DNA from: Tubiluchus corallicola
Taxonomy: Eukaryota > Animalia > Priapulida
NCBI GenBank assembly: GCA_030141605.1
Contig: JAQGDQ010000396.1
Coordinates: 124,001-188,000, forward strand
DNA: 64,000 nt
Reading direction: 5' to 3'
Of this stretch, positions 12,699 through 27,600 are shown piece after piece. The notes below the pieces were generated by a model. It searched no databases, had not been told where the DNA came from, and saw only the letters and a list, made by a program, of their open reading frames with translations. The position numbers and the translations under genes are program-made. Position 1 is the stretch's first letter; each line of letters opens with the position of its first letter.

Positions 12699-15600
12699 AT
12701 GTATGTTCCATCTGAACAGGATTCACAAGAAGGAAGTGCTACTATTGATATATCTTCTTTAAATAGCAAGATGGAAAGATGGAAAGATGAAGTTTTAAAG
12801 TCTGCCGATTCTCAATATGTGCAGCAGATTGACAGTGACATTGGTAAAAGAAGCGAAGTATCACAAGTTTCGACTAATGCTCGGCTAAAAAACCAAAAAC
12901 CCAGTAGAGTTTGTCCCTTTTTTACTTCTTCGTCAGGATGTAGGTATGGGTCCACTTGCCGAAACAGGCATGAAACACGTATAGAAACCGAGCTACATAA
13001 GCAAGACAGTGCAAGTGCCACATGTAAAGAAGAGTTGCGAAGTATAGAAAAGCCCAGCAAGCAACATGAAAGTGGTGGTAAAAGAGAGGAAGGTACTTCT
13101 TCAAAAAAAGTTGTCTGCCGTTACTATCAGAGAGGATACTGTTGGTCTGGGAAACGATGTAAGTTTGCTCATTTTCCTCATCAAAACAAAACCCAACGAA
13201 GTGATAACTCTGCAGTTACAAGGGAGGCAAATAAAACTGAAGCTGCCAAGGTAACGCTACCCAAAGATATAGTAGCAGATGAACAAGATGGAGAAAAAGT
13301 TGTTGTGGACATGCCTGCACTTGCCAACACTAGTGAAAGTGATAAAATTAGTGAAGAGTCTATCAAAGTGCTGGTACAAGATACATGTAGTTCAACAAAT
13401 GAAGGAAACATCGGAGCATTGGTACAAGATGTAGCAAACACAGCTGAGCGTCGTAGCATCACAAAAAGGCCAACTTTACAGTTAAACGATTTGACGGAAC
13501 ATAATTTATCAGAACTTAGAGACACTGAACTGTGTCAGTTGCAGAAGTATTTTCCAGCCGATAAATTGACTAAAATTGATTGGCAAGAAGGGACAGCTTT
13601 TCGATTGCTAATTTCGCCAACAGATCCGGATTGGGTTAGTGTGTATATAATTCTTTCTATTTTCCGGAATTAATTTTAATACAACCCTTTTATGGCTAAA
13701 TTTGTGGCTAGTGACAAATGGGATATTAATTGTTAAACTAAACATTTTTTTACTACAATTTTTTTCTGGAAAAGCTTGACACGATATAACTGATCTAACT
13801 TGTATAATAAAATGGCTTTAATTACTCATTGTATTTAATGCAACCGAGCTTGGTCTTAAAGTTCAGACAAGACTTGAATACCTTAGACAAATTTGCGCAA
13901 TTAGTGAGATTCTATGTGTCGCAGACTCATTTGGAATGCAGTTGTATCATTTAATAATAAAATTCTGTTTAGTACTGCAAACAGAATTGCATACTTTGCA
14001 CTATTTTTCAGATTTCCTCTTTAGGTCTTACATCCTAAACCAATTAGTCGTGTTTCAAGTGGTGCCCTCTGTGCATGCTTTCAAGTAGTCCCTTACCACA
14101 TAATTTGAAAATTATTGGCTGAAACATATTTGTCATAGACATAGAATGAAAATATTATTTATTTATTTACTTGCAGTCATATGACATGGACACGATGGAA
14201 ATGTTTGTGAGTTTTCCAACAGAATATCCGAAAGAGGTAAACATTGCTTTAATTTTACTGTGTTTTTTATTTTAGTTGTGAACACTTTTCTGTTTTTAGC
14301 ATCTTTATATATATATGTATCTTTATGCCAAACAACTAAATTTTTCCTCACCTGCATAAGAAACATACGTTACACAAAGTTACATGCATTACGTAGTATT
14401 GTGAGCACGCAGCATCGCAAATATATAATTATAGGCATAGTATTCAATCAAATGCTTTTCAGCTTTTACATAACTAAAGTTGCTTAGTTGCTTATAAAGA
14501 GGGAAATCATTAAGAATTCGAGCTAGTAAACAATTATACTATTGCAGTTTGCATAAATACCAGTTTTTATTAATTGTACAAAATAATTTGAACAGCTTTT
14601 GAAAGGAATAAGGACTGCTTTTAAAATACTTAATACTTTACCACATAACCATTAAAAACACAGATTTAGCAATCAGAACAATTTTACATAACTCACCAAT
14701 CACCACTAACTCAAAGTGATAAAACTGTGACGAAACATTTCTAAATGTATCAGTGTATTAACATGATCGTATTTACAGGTTTGCTATGTTGAATTCTTCG
14801 AGGAGCTGGATGGTGAGCAAATCATGCCGTCAAAGCTGGCTTTGTAAGTCTCCTTTCATTTCATACGTTATAATGCTAAAAAGTTTGCTTGAAAAGTATT
14901 AATGATTTTTTTGTTGGACATAAATGCACTAACATTTTACTAAAGGCTTTTTCTTGAGATTCGTGTTGGTAAGAACTAAATTAGAAGTCTTCTTTCTGTT
15001 TAGGTTTTTAACACATCAGTCACAAAAGTGGCTAAACGACAGACTGCAAAGTAACAAATCTTCCGGGAAAATTGATTTAATGTTCAGGCCTTTCTTGAGG
15101 TGGCTGGATCGAAATTTTATCGATCTTGTGACAGAAGGCTTAAAGAAGGTCGGTTTTACATTTGTTCTGTGCTTTCTTTGTCATTTTTCTTGCTCACAAA
15201 CTGAAATTTAGCTTTTAGCATAAAAGGATTCACGAGTTAACGAATCACGAATTCACGAAACTTCATTAGATGTATGTTATGGTCTTTCAATGTCTTAATA
15301 ATATACCATCTGACAGATGGCAATGTACATTCAAGCCCATACACAGTGTAGGCATTTCATTATTTTCCATGTACGTAATGCTTTGAAAAGAATAACACTT
15401 TATTAAGAGACTTCTTATAAGTGGTTCTTAGTTTTTAGTTCCTAAATTTGATTCTAGTGGCGCATACTCGGTTTGCTGTGACAAGTTTTGCGCCATTATT
15501 TTTACACTAATCATATTTAGTAGCTAATGATATGGTATATATAAATGCATTTCTGCTGAAATATTGTACAAGTGCTGTTATAATATTTCTGCAGTATCAT

Positions 15601-18600
15601 ACAAACCTATGAGTAAATGTGTTGTTTAAATTGTCTCAAGATACGTCTTGTCATTTTTGTGTAGGTTAAACTGGAAATGGAAAGCCGAGAAGCAGGAATA
15701 GAGTTTGTTCCATGGGAAAATCTGCGTATTTCTGCTCAGCAAGAGTCGTCAAATTCCTGGCCAGATCGGGTGGATCCAAGTCTAGTTAAAGAACATCCAC
15801 ATGTTACTGTGATATTTGGCAAGAAAGACAGTGGCTTAGAAAGATACGAAGGTTAAATCTTGAAAATTTAATTCTCAAAATTAGATTGTTATTAAGATAA
15901 AATCACAGAAAATGCATTATCAAAAATAGTGTCTTTCTCACACTAGCAAATTATTCATATGCATTATTTTTCCTCAGTACTCCATCAAAAACTTGCTTCA
16001 GAAATATGGTTGAATAACTTGGAACTTTTGATAAACTTTTGTAGCACCTAAAGCCGAAAAGTCAAGTAAGGAACAGCCAGTTAACCAAGAAAACATTAAA
16101 CCCATTTCTGAATTAGACACTACACCAAAAGGAATTGAAATGAAATTCCAAAAAATCGAACTTAGCGGACCTATCGCTACCATTATGGCACAGAAGGTAA
16201 GTTAAATTAGAAGTTTATACACTATGTTAGTGCCATGTTTTGTAAGAATTCTCAGACTTTGAGATCTAGTTTTAACGTAATATCTCCGTATCACTTGGGC
16301 TTAGCTTGTTCTTTTGTGCAGTGTTTTAGCTGACACTTTTCCAGATTGTTTGTGCTTGTACTGAATTATTACCTTTTTTCAGGTTTCTTTTGTCGTGCGA
16401 TGTGGGCGTTGTAAAGCACCTGCGACTGTCACAACCCCATCAAGGCGAGTGAACAGCATCGACTGCTCAAAATGTCATCAGTCACTGATCGTGTCTTTCC
16501 GTGCCACAGTTATGCATCAATACTCGTCTGTGATGGGCTACCTTGACCTGAAAGATTGCACACCATTTGATTTGGCTCTTGTTGACTGTGATTTTTTGTT
16601 AGGATGTTTCGACTGCTCAAAGGAAATGTCGTTTTCGGTAAAAAGGACTTGCATTGTTCTACTGCGCATTCTAGTTTTTGTCAGCAGTTCTTATTTGCTA
16701 ATTTTCTTTGTTTATTAGCATTATTTCGGAGAAATGCGAATTGCCGGGTGGTTATGGTACGTGCTTAGCTGGTTAGTGAATGGATGGGTGACTGCAACAT
16801 TCATTATACAGTCCGGACGGTTTTATTCGCTATACTAATGCTGGTTGCTTACTTGAATACATTAAAAAGGGAGTATACGTTCACATTGAATGTTGTTAAG
16901 ACAGATTTGCCGGTTCAGTGTCTAATCTCAGAGGATTGCTGTTGATGAGTTAGGTTTCTATCCCGCCAATGTGTTGTTCAATCTCAGAGGATTGCTCTGT
17001 TGATGAGCTAGGTTTCTATCCCGCCAATGTGTTGTTTAGTGCAGCTTTCCGCCTTACAGGGTGTCAGTCAGTAAAAAGAATTATTGAACGTGTTAGCTGA
17101 AAAAGTTTTCTCGGATAAATTTAAAACTAATTTTAATAAGGGGTTTCCAAAAGCGTGTTCTTTGATGACAATAATAATAAGAGAATGCAAAACAATGCTT
17201 TCTGAGCAGAGGAACCAAATATATTAAATATTTTTGACATGCGTTTAAGAAATATAGCATAACCATGGCCTTTTAAAAATATCCACATAATTTGCTTGAT
17301 CTAGTAATTGTTCTGTGGCATTTTTCTAAACTGTAAATACAGTTTGTAAAATTAATGCATAGACTATTTTCTGCACTGCTTCATAAGTGAGCGAGTAATC
17401 ATAATCCGTCTGTATAAATGGAGATAAGTTAACCATTTTGGTATGAGTAAGACGTAAAAGGAACTTGTTTTTTAAGGGCTTTCATTTTGGTCAACCACAA
17501 GACATTTGGTGTCACCACTGTCATAACAAGATGACTGTAATGCTGGAGACTATTAAATTTCAATATCTGATTCCTGGTGAATTGCATTTCGGTGAGTTGT
17601 TGCTTGATTATTCTTGATTTTGTAAAGTTAGATGACAAACATTCTGCTTATGCCTCGTTTTCAAATCTAAGAACTTTGTTGTACAACTGTCAGAAATTGC
17701 ATGTTAAAATGAATGTCACACTTTTGGTATTCAGTTGAATCAACTTGTTGGACATTTAGCTTTAGAAAAAGCATTTTAGCTTTCAGATTAGAACTGTTTT
17801 TAAATCTTCTAAATGTTGTACAGTTTGGTACTGTGTGAAAGTTTTATACATTGCATATTTTAGGGTGGTGTCCAGTTAAAATTTTATGAAATGTGTATAT
17901 GATTTTGGGGAACTTTCGAATGCTTAAAGGTCCACTGACACCCTGGTAGACAATTGCTGTCAAAATTCACTATTGACTAGCCTCTTACAAAAAAGCGGCT
18001 TTATTTTTTTATAAACTTGTGCGTTTTGCTCTGGTTAGCATTGAATCACTTCACATTTAGCGCTGCACAGAGTCTTGCGAAAAACGAAAAATTAGGGAAG
18101 AAAGCGCAAGTGACGTCCCATTAGGAACGACACTGCGCATGTGTGACTCTCGCTGTATTTACATGTGGACAAAATCAAGCAATACGCCGGTAATGAAGAG
18201 ACTGGGGTACTCGGATTTTGGTAGTTTATTGTTAAGCTCAAATCATAGGTTTGTCCACACATACTTGAATGCACTATATTTTATAGATGAGAAAATATTA
18301 ATAACGAAGTACAACGTGTAAAAGTTTTAGCATGACATCACTGGTATTTCATGCTAGGCTGCTTTCGTGTTCATTTTCCGATCACTTCTGCTTTACAAAT
18401 GTCTCTTTACCAAGTTACCTTTTGCCTGATGTCCCATTCAGACCATGCTTCTGACAAACAGTGATTGCTTTTATGTTTTTCAGCATATAAAATTGTAAAA
18501 ATAACAGCAGATTCTTACGTACAATCGAAAAGAAGACAGTAAGGCAGTAATGACAGATTTTGTTCCCTGGGCTTTACCGACATTTTGAGACTGTGCACAC

Positions 18601-21600
18601 CGGGTATATTATCTGAGATTGAAGTAACGTGTAAAAAATCAGGAGGAATATTTCAAAATGTGAACAAAGGGAGGTTGTCATTAAAATTGGGAATTTCCGT
18701 TAAATTGGTCGGGTTGAAATGTCTTACTGCTAACCTAGACTAAATATAGTTTTTTATGAAATTTATTTTCAAAAGTTAATTTTTACCTTACTTTACATCT
18801 AACCCAAAATAGTGGCTAGCAGCTTACTGGCAGCTTGATTTAATTCGCCTGAGTACTCAGCACACCTATTGTTCATACAGCATACACACTGTTTAAATAA
18901 TGGTACAGTCATAGTGCTCTGCATGCTGTGCTTGTTACTATAAATTTGCTGTTCCTTGCAGGTAAAACGAAAACTGGTTCTTGTAAGTTTATTTGCTATA
19001 AACAGATAAATACTATTGTAAGAAACGTTTTTATTAATAGATAAATCAATACTCATCAATAACCGTTCTGTTCAGTGTTCACAGTGCTCTGCTTGCTGGG
19101 CCACTGGCTGTCTATTGTATTGTCGCTTCCTGGTGTGACGTTACAGCACTGAGTGTCATGGTGGGTGATAATGATTGTGATAGTACCAACAGCACTTAAT
19201 TTAGCTTACCGTATCATATAAAAGCATGCATCAAAACTGTCTTAAAAATTAGGAAATATGTAATTACGCCTATGCTATAAAAGAAAATAACATGAAAAAT
19301 AGTGTCTCAGGGGACCTTTGCATTCCTCAACAAAACATGATGTTAATTTCTTTTTCAAGCTGTTGCACATGCTGCTATTTATTCTGATATGTATTTTGGA
19401 ACTTTGGTTAACAACAAAATTCTACAATTTTTTTCGAGTTTGTTTAATAAAAGGAATTGCATCAATTAAGCTATATGTTTAACAAAATGTTTCAGATTTA
19501 TGAACAACTAAAATTAAGTAATATATGGTTAATGAACTAAAGCAGTTGCCATTTAATAAAGCCACAGATAATAAAATCTGCCTTGTTTTAGAACCAAATA
19601 AGTGGCAAAACCAATATAAAAAATGAAATCCATTTTTGATAGTTTTTTTTTAAGATATGCAGTTGAAATTTAAGTCCCGATTCCGTAATTCACCTCTTCT
19701 TAGTCAAAGTAACGCCGAAAGTTAAGGTCGGTTGTTTCGTCATAACCATTCTGCATGTACAGCTGCTGAAGTACATTTTAGGTTGTTGAATGAACTTGAA
19801 TCACTGTTGTATGCTTGAATCATTGTGTAGACGCACGAGCGAGCTGACTGACCCGGGTTTAATTGTCATATAGTATTATGGTGAAGCGTTTACATACTGC
19901 GCTTTGCCAAATACACCTGCTTGGAAGAGGTAGCCGCATAATAAACTAGCCGCTTATTAAGACCCCTTATTCTGGGCCTATGTTATTTTTCTTATGTATA
20001 GTATTTTGAATAACTTCAAACGATGTTTTAATGCAGTATTTCTAATTTGTGTTTATCTATTAACAGCTTATGGTTCTTCTTAATAGGTCATTTTTGATAA
20101 CTACTAAATTAAGGAAAAGCAAAACATGTCTCATATTTAGAAAGTGTGTAGCTTTTCTTCTTTAATCACAGATGATGCTGGTATTCATAAAATAAATACA
20201 AATCGACAGAAGAAACAAGAGCTATGGATTAAAGAAGGTTACCCTCTTCCAGAAAATGGCGCTTGCAAGCATTATAAGAAAAGTTACCGATGGATGAGGT
20301 AATGATTTTATAAAATTTGAGAAGCTGTGCTTGAAGTTCTGTTGATACTGCCACTGTTACTGCTTTGCAGGTGCAATAATGTAGAGACTTTTGTTTGACA
20401 AAAGCTTTAACAGAATTGCACATATGTTCCCTCAATAATGAGCTCGGTGGTCTAGCTAGTGCTTGTGGTGCCCAGATCGGCACTTGAGTTTGACATCTCC
20501 TACCCTCTGATGGAAATGTTGATGTAGGAAAATTTTAGTTTTATTGTCTCACAGTTGTGGAGATAAATTGATAAAATAATAAAACATTGCTGAAAAAAAT
20601 TAAAAAAATAGCTTGTTTAAAAAAATTAATAAAATTAATTAAAAGTTTGTTTTCGTCAAAATATTTCAAAGATAAAGTTGAGATTGGTGTTGTAAAAGTC
20701 ACAAATTAATTAATAGATCCGCAAGTAATTATGCCAAACGTAGATATTGTAATTCAAAGACTGTCAGAGATATTAAAAAAGTAGGTCAATATTAATTATT
20801 TTATAATAATTATCATCTTCGTAAGCCCTGTAAGCAGCATTCTCACAGAATCAACTTTTTCATTGCACTTGATCAAAATGCCTCCCTCTGGAAAGTGCCA
20901 CCCAGGGTGTACCGCCCTCAATGCTACCCCTCCCCCTTAGCCACGCCACTTAATGTACTGATGTCTTTGAATGTTCAAGTAAAAACTTTCCATATTTTGG
21001 CAATAGTATTCATGCTTATTGATGGAGGTATCTGTAGAGAATAACTCCCATCAAGTAAGAAAGAGCCGTATTCAAATAAACTGCGTAGTTTACCTGTCAA
21101 AATTGTACAATACGTTTAAAGCTGGATGACTTTTGTCAAATTTTGTAACTGGTATGGCAAGCTGGTTCCCATCTATTAACAGCTGAAACAAGGTTTTAAC
21201 GTTCAAAACAACATTTTCCAAACAGCTCAGGACTTTTGTTTAATAAGTTTTATTCTAACATTAGTAAAGTTAAATGTATCCACAAGTCAGTGTTAATTAT
21301 CATGCTAACATTATAAGATGTAACGTAAGCTGCTGAGAATGTGAGCACAGTGATTATATTAAACGTTCACTATTGCTCTACACTGTTTATGTTTGACCAT
21401 CTGAATGGCTGACTTGGTTTGACCGGCAGTGACACAGGTTTTGCACTTCTGCTGCAAAATTCTTATTTAGCAGGCAGTAAATGATAAAGTCCACGAAAGC
21501 TGAAAGTGTCTCACAGAGATTCTCCACTAGAATAAAAGCTTCTCTTGTATTTGCCTCTGAACCGAATCCGTGATCTGTAAAAGCGGCCGTCATATCCAAA

Positions 21601-24600
21601 ATCAGGCTTTCCATTATCACCGCTGTGATCATCATCGTTAAACGCATTTCAGCTTTCTTTGAGTTGGTCATCTGTGTATTGTTGGATTTTCTCAGGTTAT
21701 AAAGAAGCAGCAGGTTCAGTATTACGAGAGTTGTCCATGGGATGATTTGGATGAGAACTATTCTGATCCACCTGTATGCTTGGTAGTTATGCACGATTCC
21801 TTCCGCATAATCAGTATCTTTGGCAATATAGCATTGTTCACTGGTGCTCATATTTGTGGTTTCGTTTCTGCAGTTAAACGGCTTGGATTCTGTTGGCCGA
21901 ACAACATAGTAAAATGGAATGTGAAACAAGCAACATACCGTGGTCAGAGCAATCAGGGCAGTACATGCAATTTTCGGTTTGCAGAAGAATTTACTTTTAA
22001 TGGGAATCCTTGTAAATAGGTATCGTTCGATTGTCACCATCGCTATAATCCATCCACTCAGCGCTGTCATCGTGTTTGCTATTGGAATACCGATGTACGA
22101 AATGTATACTGCGACCCAGTATGGCAGACAGTTGATAACAGCAGACAAACTTAACGCCCTTATGGCTGCTAATATGATCATTGCTAACAGGTACACACAA
22201 TCGGATATTGATAATGCAGTTAGATAAGTATATGTTGAAAAGTTTCTCAGTTTCGTTGTCGTAAGTACGATGATTGTTAGAATGTTGCATATTATTCCAA
22301 TTACGCAAATGATCACTATTAGCCAATAAACAATCAATGACGCTAGAATTAATGCTTTGTCACACGGTGATTCCATTCTGAAGTCTATCTGTAATGTTAA
22401 TATTCACATTCAGTTTCTGCCGTCATTTCGTTCATTCCTTCTGTTTTCTATTGCTGGCTTATTGTCTTTTCATTTGTTTGCTTTTTCTTCGGTGAAAATT
22501 AATGAAAATATTCTTTGAGAAATCACCCAGATGTCGTTGACTAAATATTTGAGCAAATGCATCCTTTGTTATCATTTTACTGGATTTTCTTTTCATGACA
22601 CAACCACGAATAGTGTCTTAGCACTACAAGTCCTGCACTTTTTTACTAGTAGCTGTACTTACAGCTAGAAAAAGTTAATTAAAACAGCATGAATCGCAGC
22701 CGTCAAGCAGTAGCATATATCTTGTATGTCTGGAATGCATCAAAGACATAATACTGAATGCTTGTGCCACTTATTCATACATCACCCACCTACCATTGCT
22801 AATATTATTACATGTGTCATAAGGACTTTTAATTAATATTCACAGGGTGCAAAGTTTATCTTATTGTACATACAATCGATTAGTCAAAGTGGTGCATGAT
22901 TAATAATATTTCCTTAAATGAGTAAAGTACTTTTAAATTGTTAATTAAAAGCATGCACTTACTTTTTTATGTTTCATTTTCCTTTCTCATCATTTTTTTA
23001 CTTCTTTTGAAAGCCCATAAATTGAATTGTTGATAGCGGTTAGCTGAACTGAGATTAGCATGCTTTTAAGCCATGTCCTGGTATTAGCTGAGAACCACTA
23101 GCTAATAAACATTTGCTTTTTGTTCCTTTCTGCAAGCTTTAACCGCAATTAAATTCGTGAAACAGTTGTCTTTAGTGCATTCAGTTGTTTTGTAAAATAT
23201 TTTACTTTCATTTATGATGTTTGACCTTGGTGTTTTGGTGATTAGTAAGCCATTAGGCCATTTTGTTATTAATTGTCACTGGTAGCCATTCCTATAGTCT
23301 AAGTAATTTGTTGTTCTTACCATATACATAAATACACTCAGATTAGCATTGAAATGACTTTAGAAGAAGTTCTCGATTTCATTAAGATTTCAACAAAAAA
23401 ATGTTTCATGTACAATGGCAAATTTAATAAGCTGCCTGGCAAACTAAATATTATCAGAAGAGTTCTACAAATCTGTTAACAAGTGACTGCAAATGTAATT
23501 GTGATCTTCATGCATATACAATTCTATAATGCTAAATGTATAATTAAATGAATAAACTAAACTAAAAAGGTACAGGCACTGCTGAGATATGTTTGATGTT
23601 TATAATTGTACTTCAGCTTCTCAGCTGTAAAACTGATAGGGTCAGGCTTTCATTTTGCGGAACATCTTGTGCTAGCTTTGCAACGTCTGCATCATGGACC
23701 GGACTAACTTCATGTGACACGTTCTTGCAAATAGCAGCAAGTACTGATTCATCGGACAGTTCAATCTTGGGTGGACTTGGTGTTACCTTGGGTGATCTGT
23801 AACAGCTGAATTTCATTGTTTTCAATTCACGAGTGAAATTCTTGTTGAGAAGGCAATAGACAATAAAATTGACGCAACTGTCCAGGCTATTGCACAAATC
23901 CTCGATCAGCAGCATTATCTGGTAGTACCTCTTGTTGTGGGGCTTGGTTGGAATGTAAAACCCGTGATCGGTCAATGCTGTGGTCATGTCCAGTACCAGA
24001 GATTCAAATATGAGTATCACTAACATCAGAGTAAGTCTGCGTTCATTGCGACTCTTTGGAGTGCACATGCCAAACACTGAACTGGTGGCTTTTAAAACAG
24101 AATTCTTGTTCAGAGCACAAGCAAGCAAAGAGTTAAAGATGAGAAGTAGTGACCATGGTATCATTTGAATGAGTGTTATGTGTATCCAGCGATATGTCTC
24201 GTAATGACTGTCTTCGGAGCTTGCAAAACTCGTTTGTTTTGCTTCATAACAGGTGGACTCACTTTCTTTGTTATACCCAGAGTAGTTTGTAGGTAATGGC
24301 TCACGGACAAAGAAATATGGTATGTGAAAAGTTATGCTAATTAGAGCAGTGATTAATGCAATTATCCAGGCTACCTTTGTCGTGCAATACAAGCGAGAAT
24401 GCATAGGCGCTTTAGTAAACATGTATCTTTCCATTGTCACTGAAACAATTAGCCAGCAACTAAAGGCTTGTAACATCTGTCCAACAGGCAAGTAGACATA
24501 TGCTGCAAAGAATGCAAGACCATATCCTGTACATGTTTTCACACCAGAGTACATTAACGCACGATTAATAGCCACAGGTCCCATCGCTGTTAAAAAGCAT

Positions 24601-27600
24601 CCATCGGAAGCTGCCAGACAGATCAAGTACACGTACGTTGAGTGTTTTATCAGTGTAGTAGTTGAAATTACGCTGATGGTGATGACATTACAGATAAATC
24701 CTGCTACGCATAGCCCAGAAATAATAGCATATACAACTGAGGAGGCTACATACATGCTATGGGAATCATGCGTGTCAGTGTTGTTGCTGACTCCTGTGGT
24801 GCTCATGTGTAAATAAAACATCGAAAATTCTTTTAGCTGTTTTTGACGAAGCATTGAGTCACTTCAAGTTGCGATGTTTTCTGCCCTTTCTCTAAAAAAT
24901 GTTTGAAGAATATTTCCTGTGCACTTTCAGAATGCTGCAAATTCACTAACAGTAGCTAGTTATGTAGATATAAATGATTCTTTTAATGACATTGGCTTGC
25001 ACTTCTCCCATCGTTTGAAATATGATAAGTTGAGCACTTCTTCAAGAGTAGAAGTCTCCTCTAATATGCTTTGCTTTTTGCCACTTGTTATGATTTTCGC
25101 TTTCTATTTCTGACGTTGTACAAAGTCTTGCATTTGTGATTACCGATTTCACTTTTTCATCATTAAAGAATCAAAGATTGGCACTTGATTCATGACTGTG
25201 ACGTCGATCGCCTGTTCGTGTTTGTTTGCTTGCTGTCAGGGCTTGATTAAAAGTTTTAATAATTTTGTCACGATGAATGGCATAAGAATCCGTAGGACAT
25301 GTCGACATTATAAACAAAGTTAGTCACTTTGTGTTTTTTATTTTATTCTTCTTGTAAACAAATAATTACCGCCAGAAAGTTACTAAGACTTCCAATACAG
25401 AAGAGGTGTTGAATGGCAGGTGAGCTTGTAATGCTTGTGAACAGATATTGTACTGCTAACAGAAACTTTTCACTGTAATTGTAACAATAGTTTGAAAATT
25501 GCATTTTATTGTTGAGAAAGTTAGAACATTTTTGTCACTAATCATATATGCATCCTGCATGTTTGCAAAAAATCAATAAATTTCAGAGTTCATAAAAATT
25601 GCATTCACCTAACGAGATGACGATTGAGTACTTTGCGCATTAATAGAACTTTCCAGTTATTTCTGAAATATAGTTGTTCTGGCTCAGAAAGATGATTTGT
25701 TAATCAAGCTGTTATTATTTAAATCTACTTGTAATTTCCATTACCTTTATACGTGTGTACTACAATTTTTAACGTTTGATCAGAATGTTTTGTTTTTATT
25801 TTTGTAGATTTCCATGTTGTGGTAAATGTTATCCATGCGACAAATGTCACGACGAATCCGAGGACGGTCACGAAATGATATATGCAACTCGCATGATCTG
25901 TGGATTCTGTAGTAAAGAGCAGGTAATTTACACAGTTTTAAGTGGTGGCTTTATATGATTTTTATGAACAATAAAATGACTAGTTATCCATTTTCTGCTT
26001 CTTTTGCAGTTTCTAGTTTTTATTGAATGTTGTTATTCATCTATTTCCTAATTGCGATTAATTTTACAAGGGTTTAGTAATTGGAAAACCCTAATTTCTA
26101 TCGTTGTGGCAATAAATTATGTTAATAACGTAATCAGGTCTACGATTTGTCATTTTCAGCAGGTGGAAACTGCTTGCAATAGTTCACACTCATTATTAAT
26201 ATATGTAAACATAAATTATATAGCCTTCATTACAAACTAGAAAAATTACTATAATTAATATCAAAGAAAGAAAATCAATCTAAGAAATATCAATTAAAAT
26301 ATCACATTACATTAGTTTCTATATTAAAATTTAAAGTCTATTAGTCTAATGTTGATTGTTCATTATACACACTTGCTGCTTTCAACTTCAGGCATTCTCC
26401 AAGGACAAGCCTTGTATTGGTTGCAAATCAGCTGTCACTAAAGCTTTTACTTCACACTGGGAGGGAGGGACTGGCTGCCGGAACAAGGTGAAAATGTCAC
26501 GGTAAGAGCTGATTCTCAAAAACTATTACAATGAATCTCTTATTAATGATTATTAATTGAAATAGTAGCCAAGTGGTTGCAGTGTACACCTGGCAACTGA
26601 AGTTGAGCAATATTTATCTTAAAATCCTTACTTTGATAATGTCCCAGGTTTTTATCTCACCTTAACCCATCTGCATTGAATAGTTTCTGCCCCTGTGTGC
26701 CTGATTCTGGCACGCAGTGTACCATATTGTATAAAAGGAACTCACGGCAAGAGACAACACGTAAACATGATTCACATGGTTTTCTTACTATTAATTATTC
26801 AGTCATACATTAATACTGGGTCACCTACTGTACCGTTAGCTAAATTTGTGAGGCCAAACTTGAATTATGTGGAAAGACAGTAGTGTGACCGTTTTGTCAC
26901 TAGACAGTGTTTGTTGTATAGACTGGTTCTGGGAAAGGGTTGGTTAAGGTGTATGAACTTTTTTCAGTTTCATCAGAAGTGCCCTCTTTTTCTTGCCTAG
27001 TAAGTATTCCATGCTTAAGGTAAAGAACTGTACATGCAATTTGCCGGGCCTTCCACGTATAATGATATCAAGTTTTTGGCCAATTTGAAGGACCTACTTA
27101 CCTAGCATTATAATGGGGTTATCATATGCCCCACCACCTACCTACAACTTATATTGATATCGATATCACAGCCATGTAGCTTTTGTACATATTATTGTTC
27201 CACCTCCCAATGAGAGGCAATAGCATCACTTTGAGATAATTAACAGGAAACCATAAGCAGACGTTACACGTCGTCTGCTGCTGGCACATACCTGTGAAAA
27301 AAGCTTAAAGTCAGATAATGATATCATGATTAAATCACTTACCTACCTTGCATTATAATGACATTATGACATATATGTGAATGGCCTCTACATGTGTATG
27401 ATAGTATACTGTGTTTAACTTAAACGTGATGGCTCAGTATTAGTGGAATACTCATTTTAACAAAGTTAGAAACAGATTTCAGCTGTCCGTCCTTAAACCA
27501 CAAATCACACGAATCAATTGGTATAAGATTATGTAGGCACTCATCTTTTGCATATTTTTATAGCAACCTGTACTGTTTTAGTAACTTATAGAAAACAAAT

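Noticed and set aside
12812-13525. Antisense and alternative-frame ORFs over the large CCCH exon (likewise over the GPCR and TIR-like genes)
   Set aside because: Shadow ORFs of real coding sequence without motifs.
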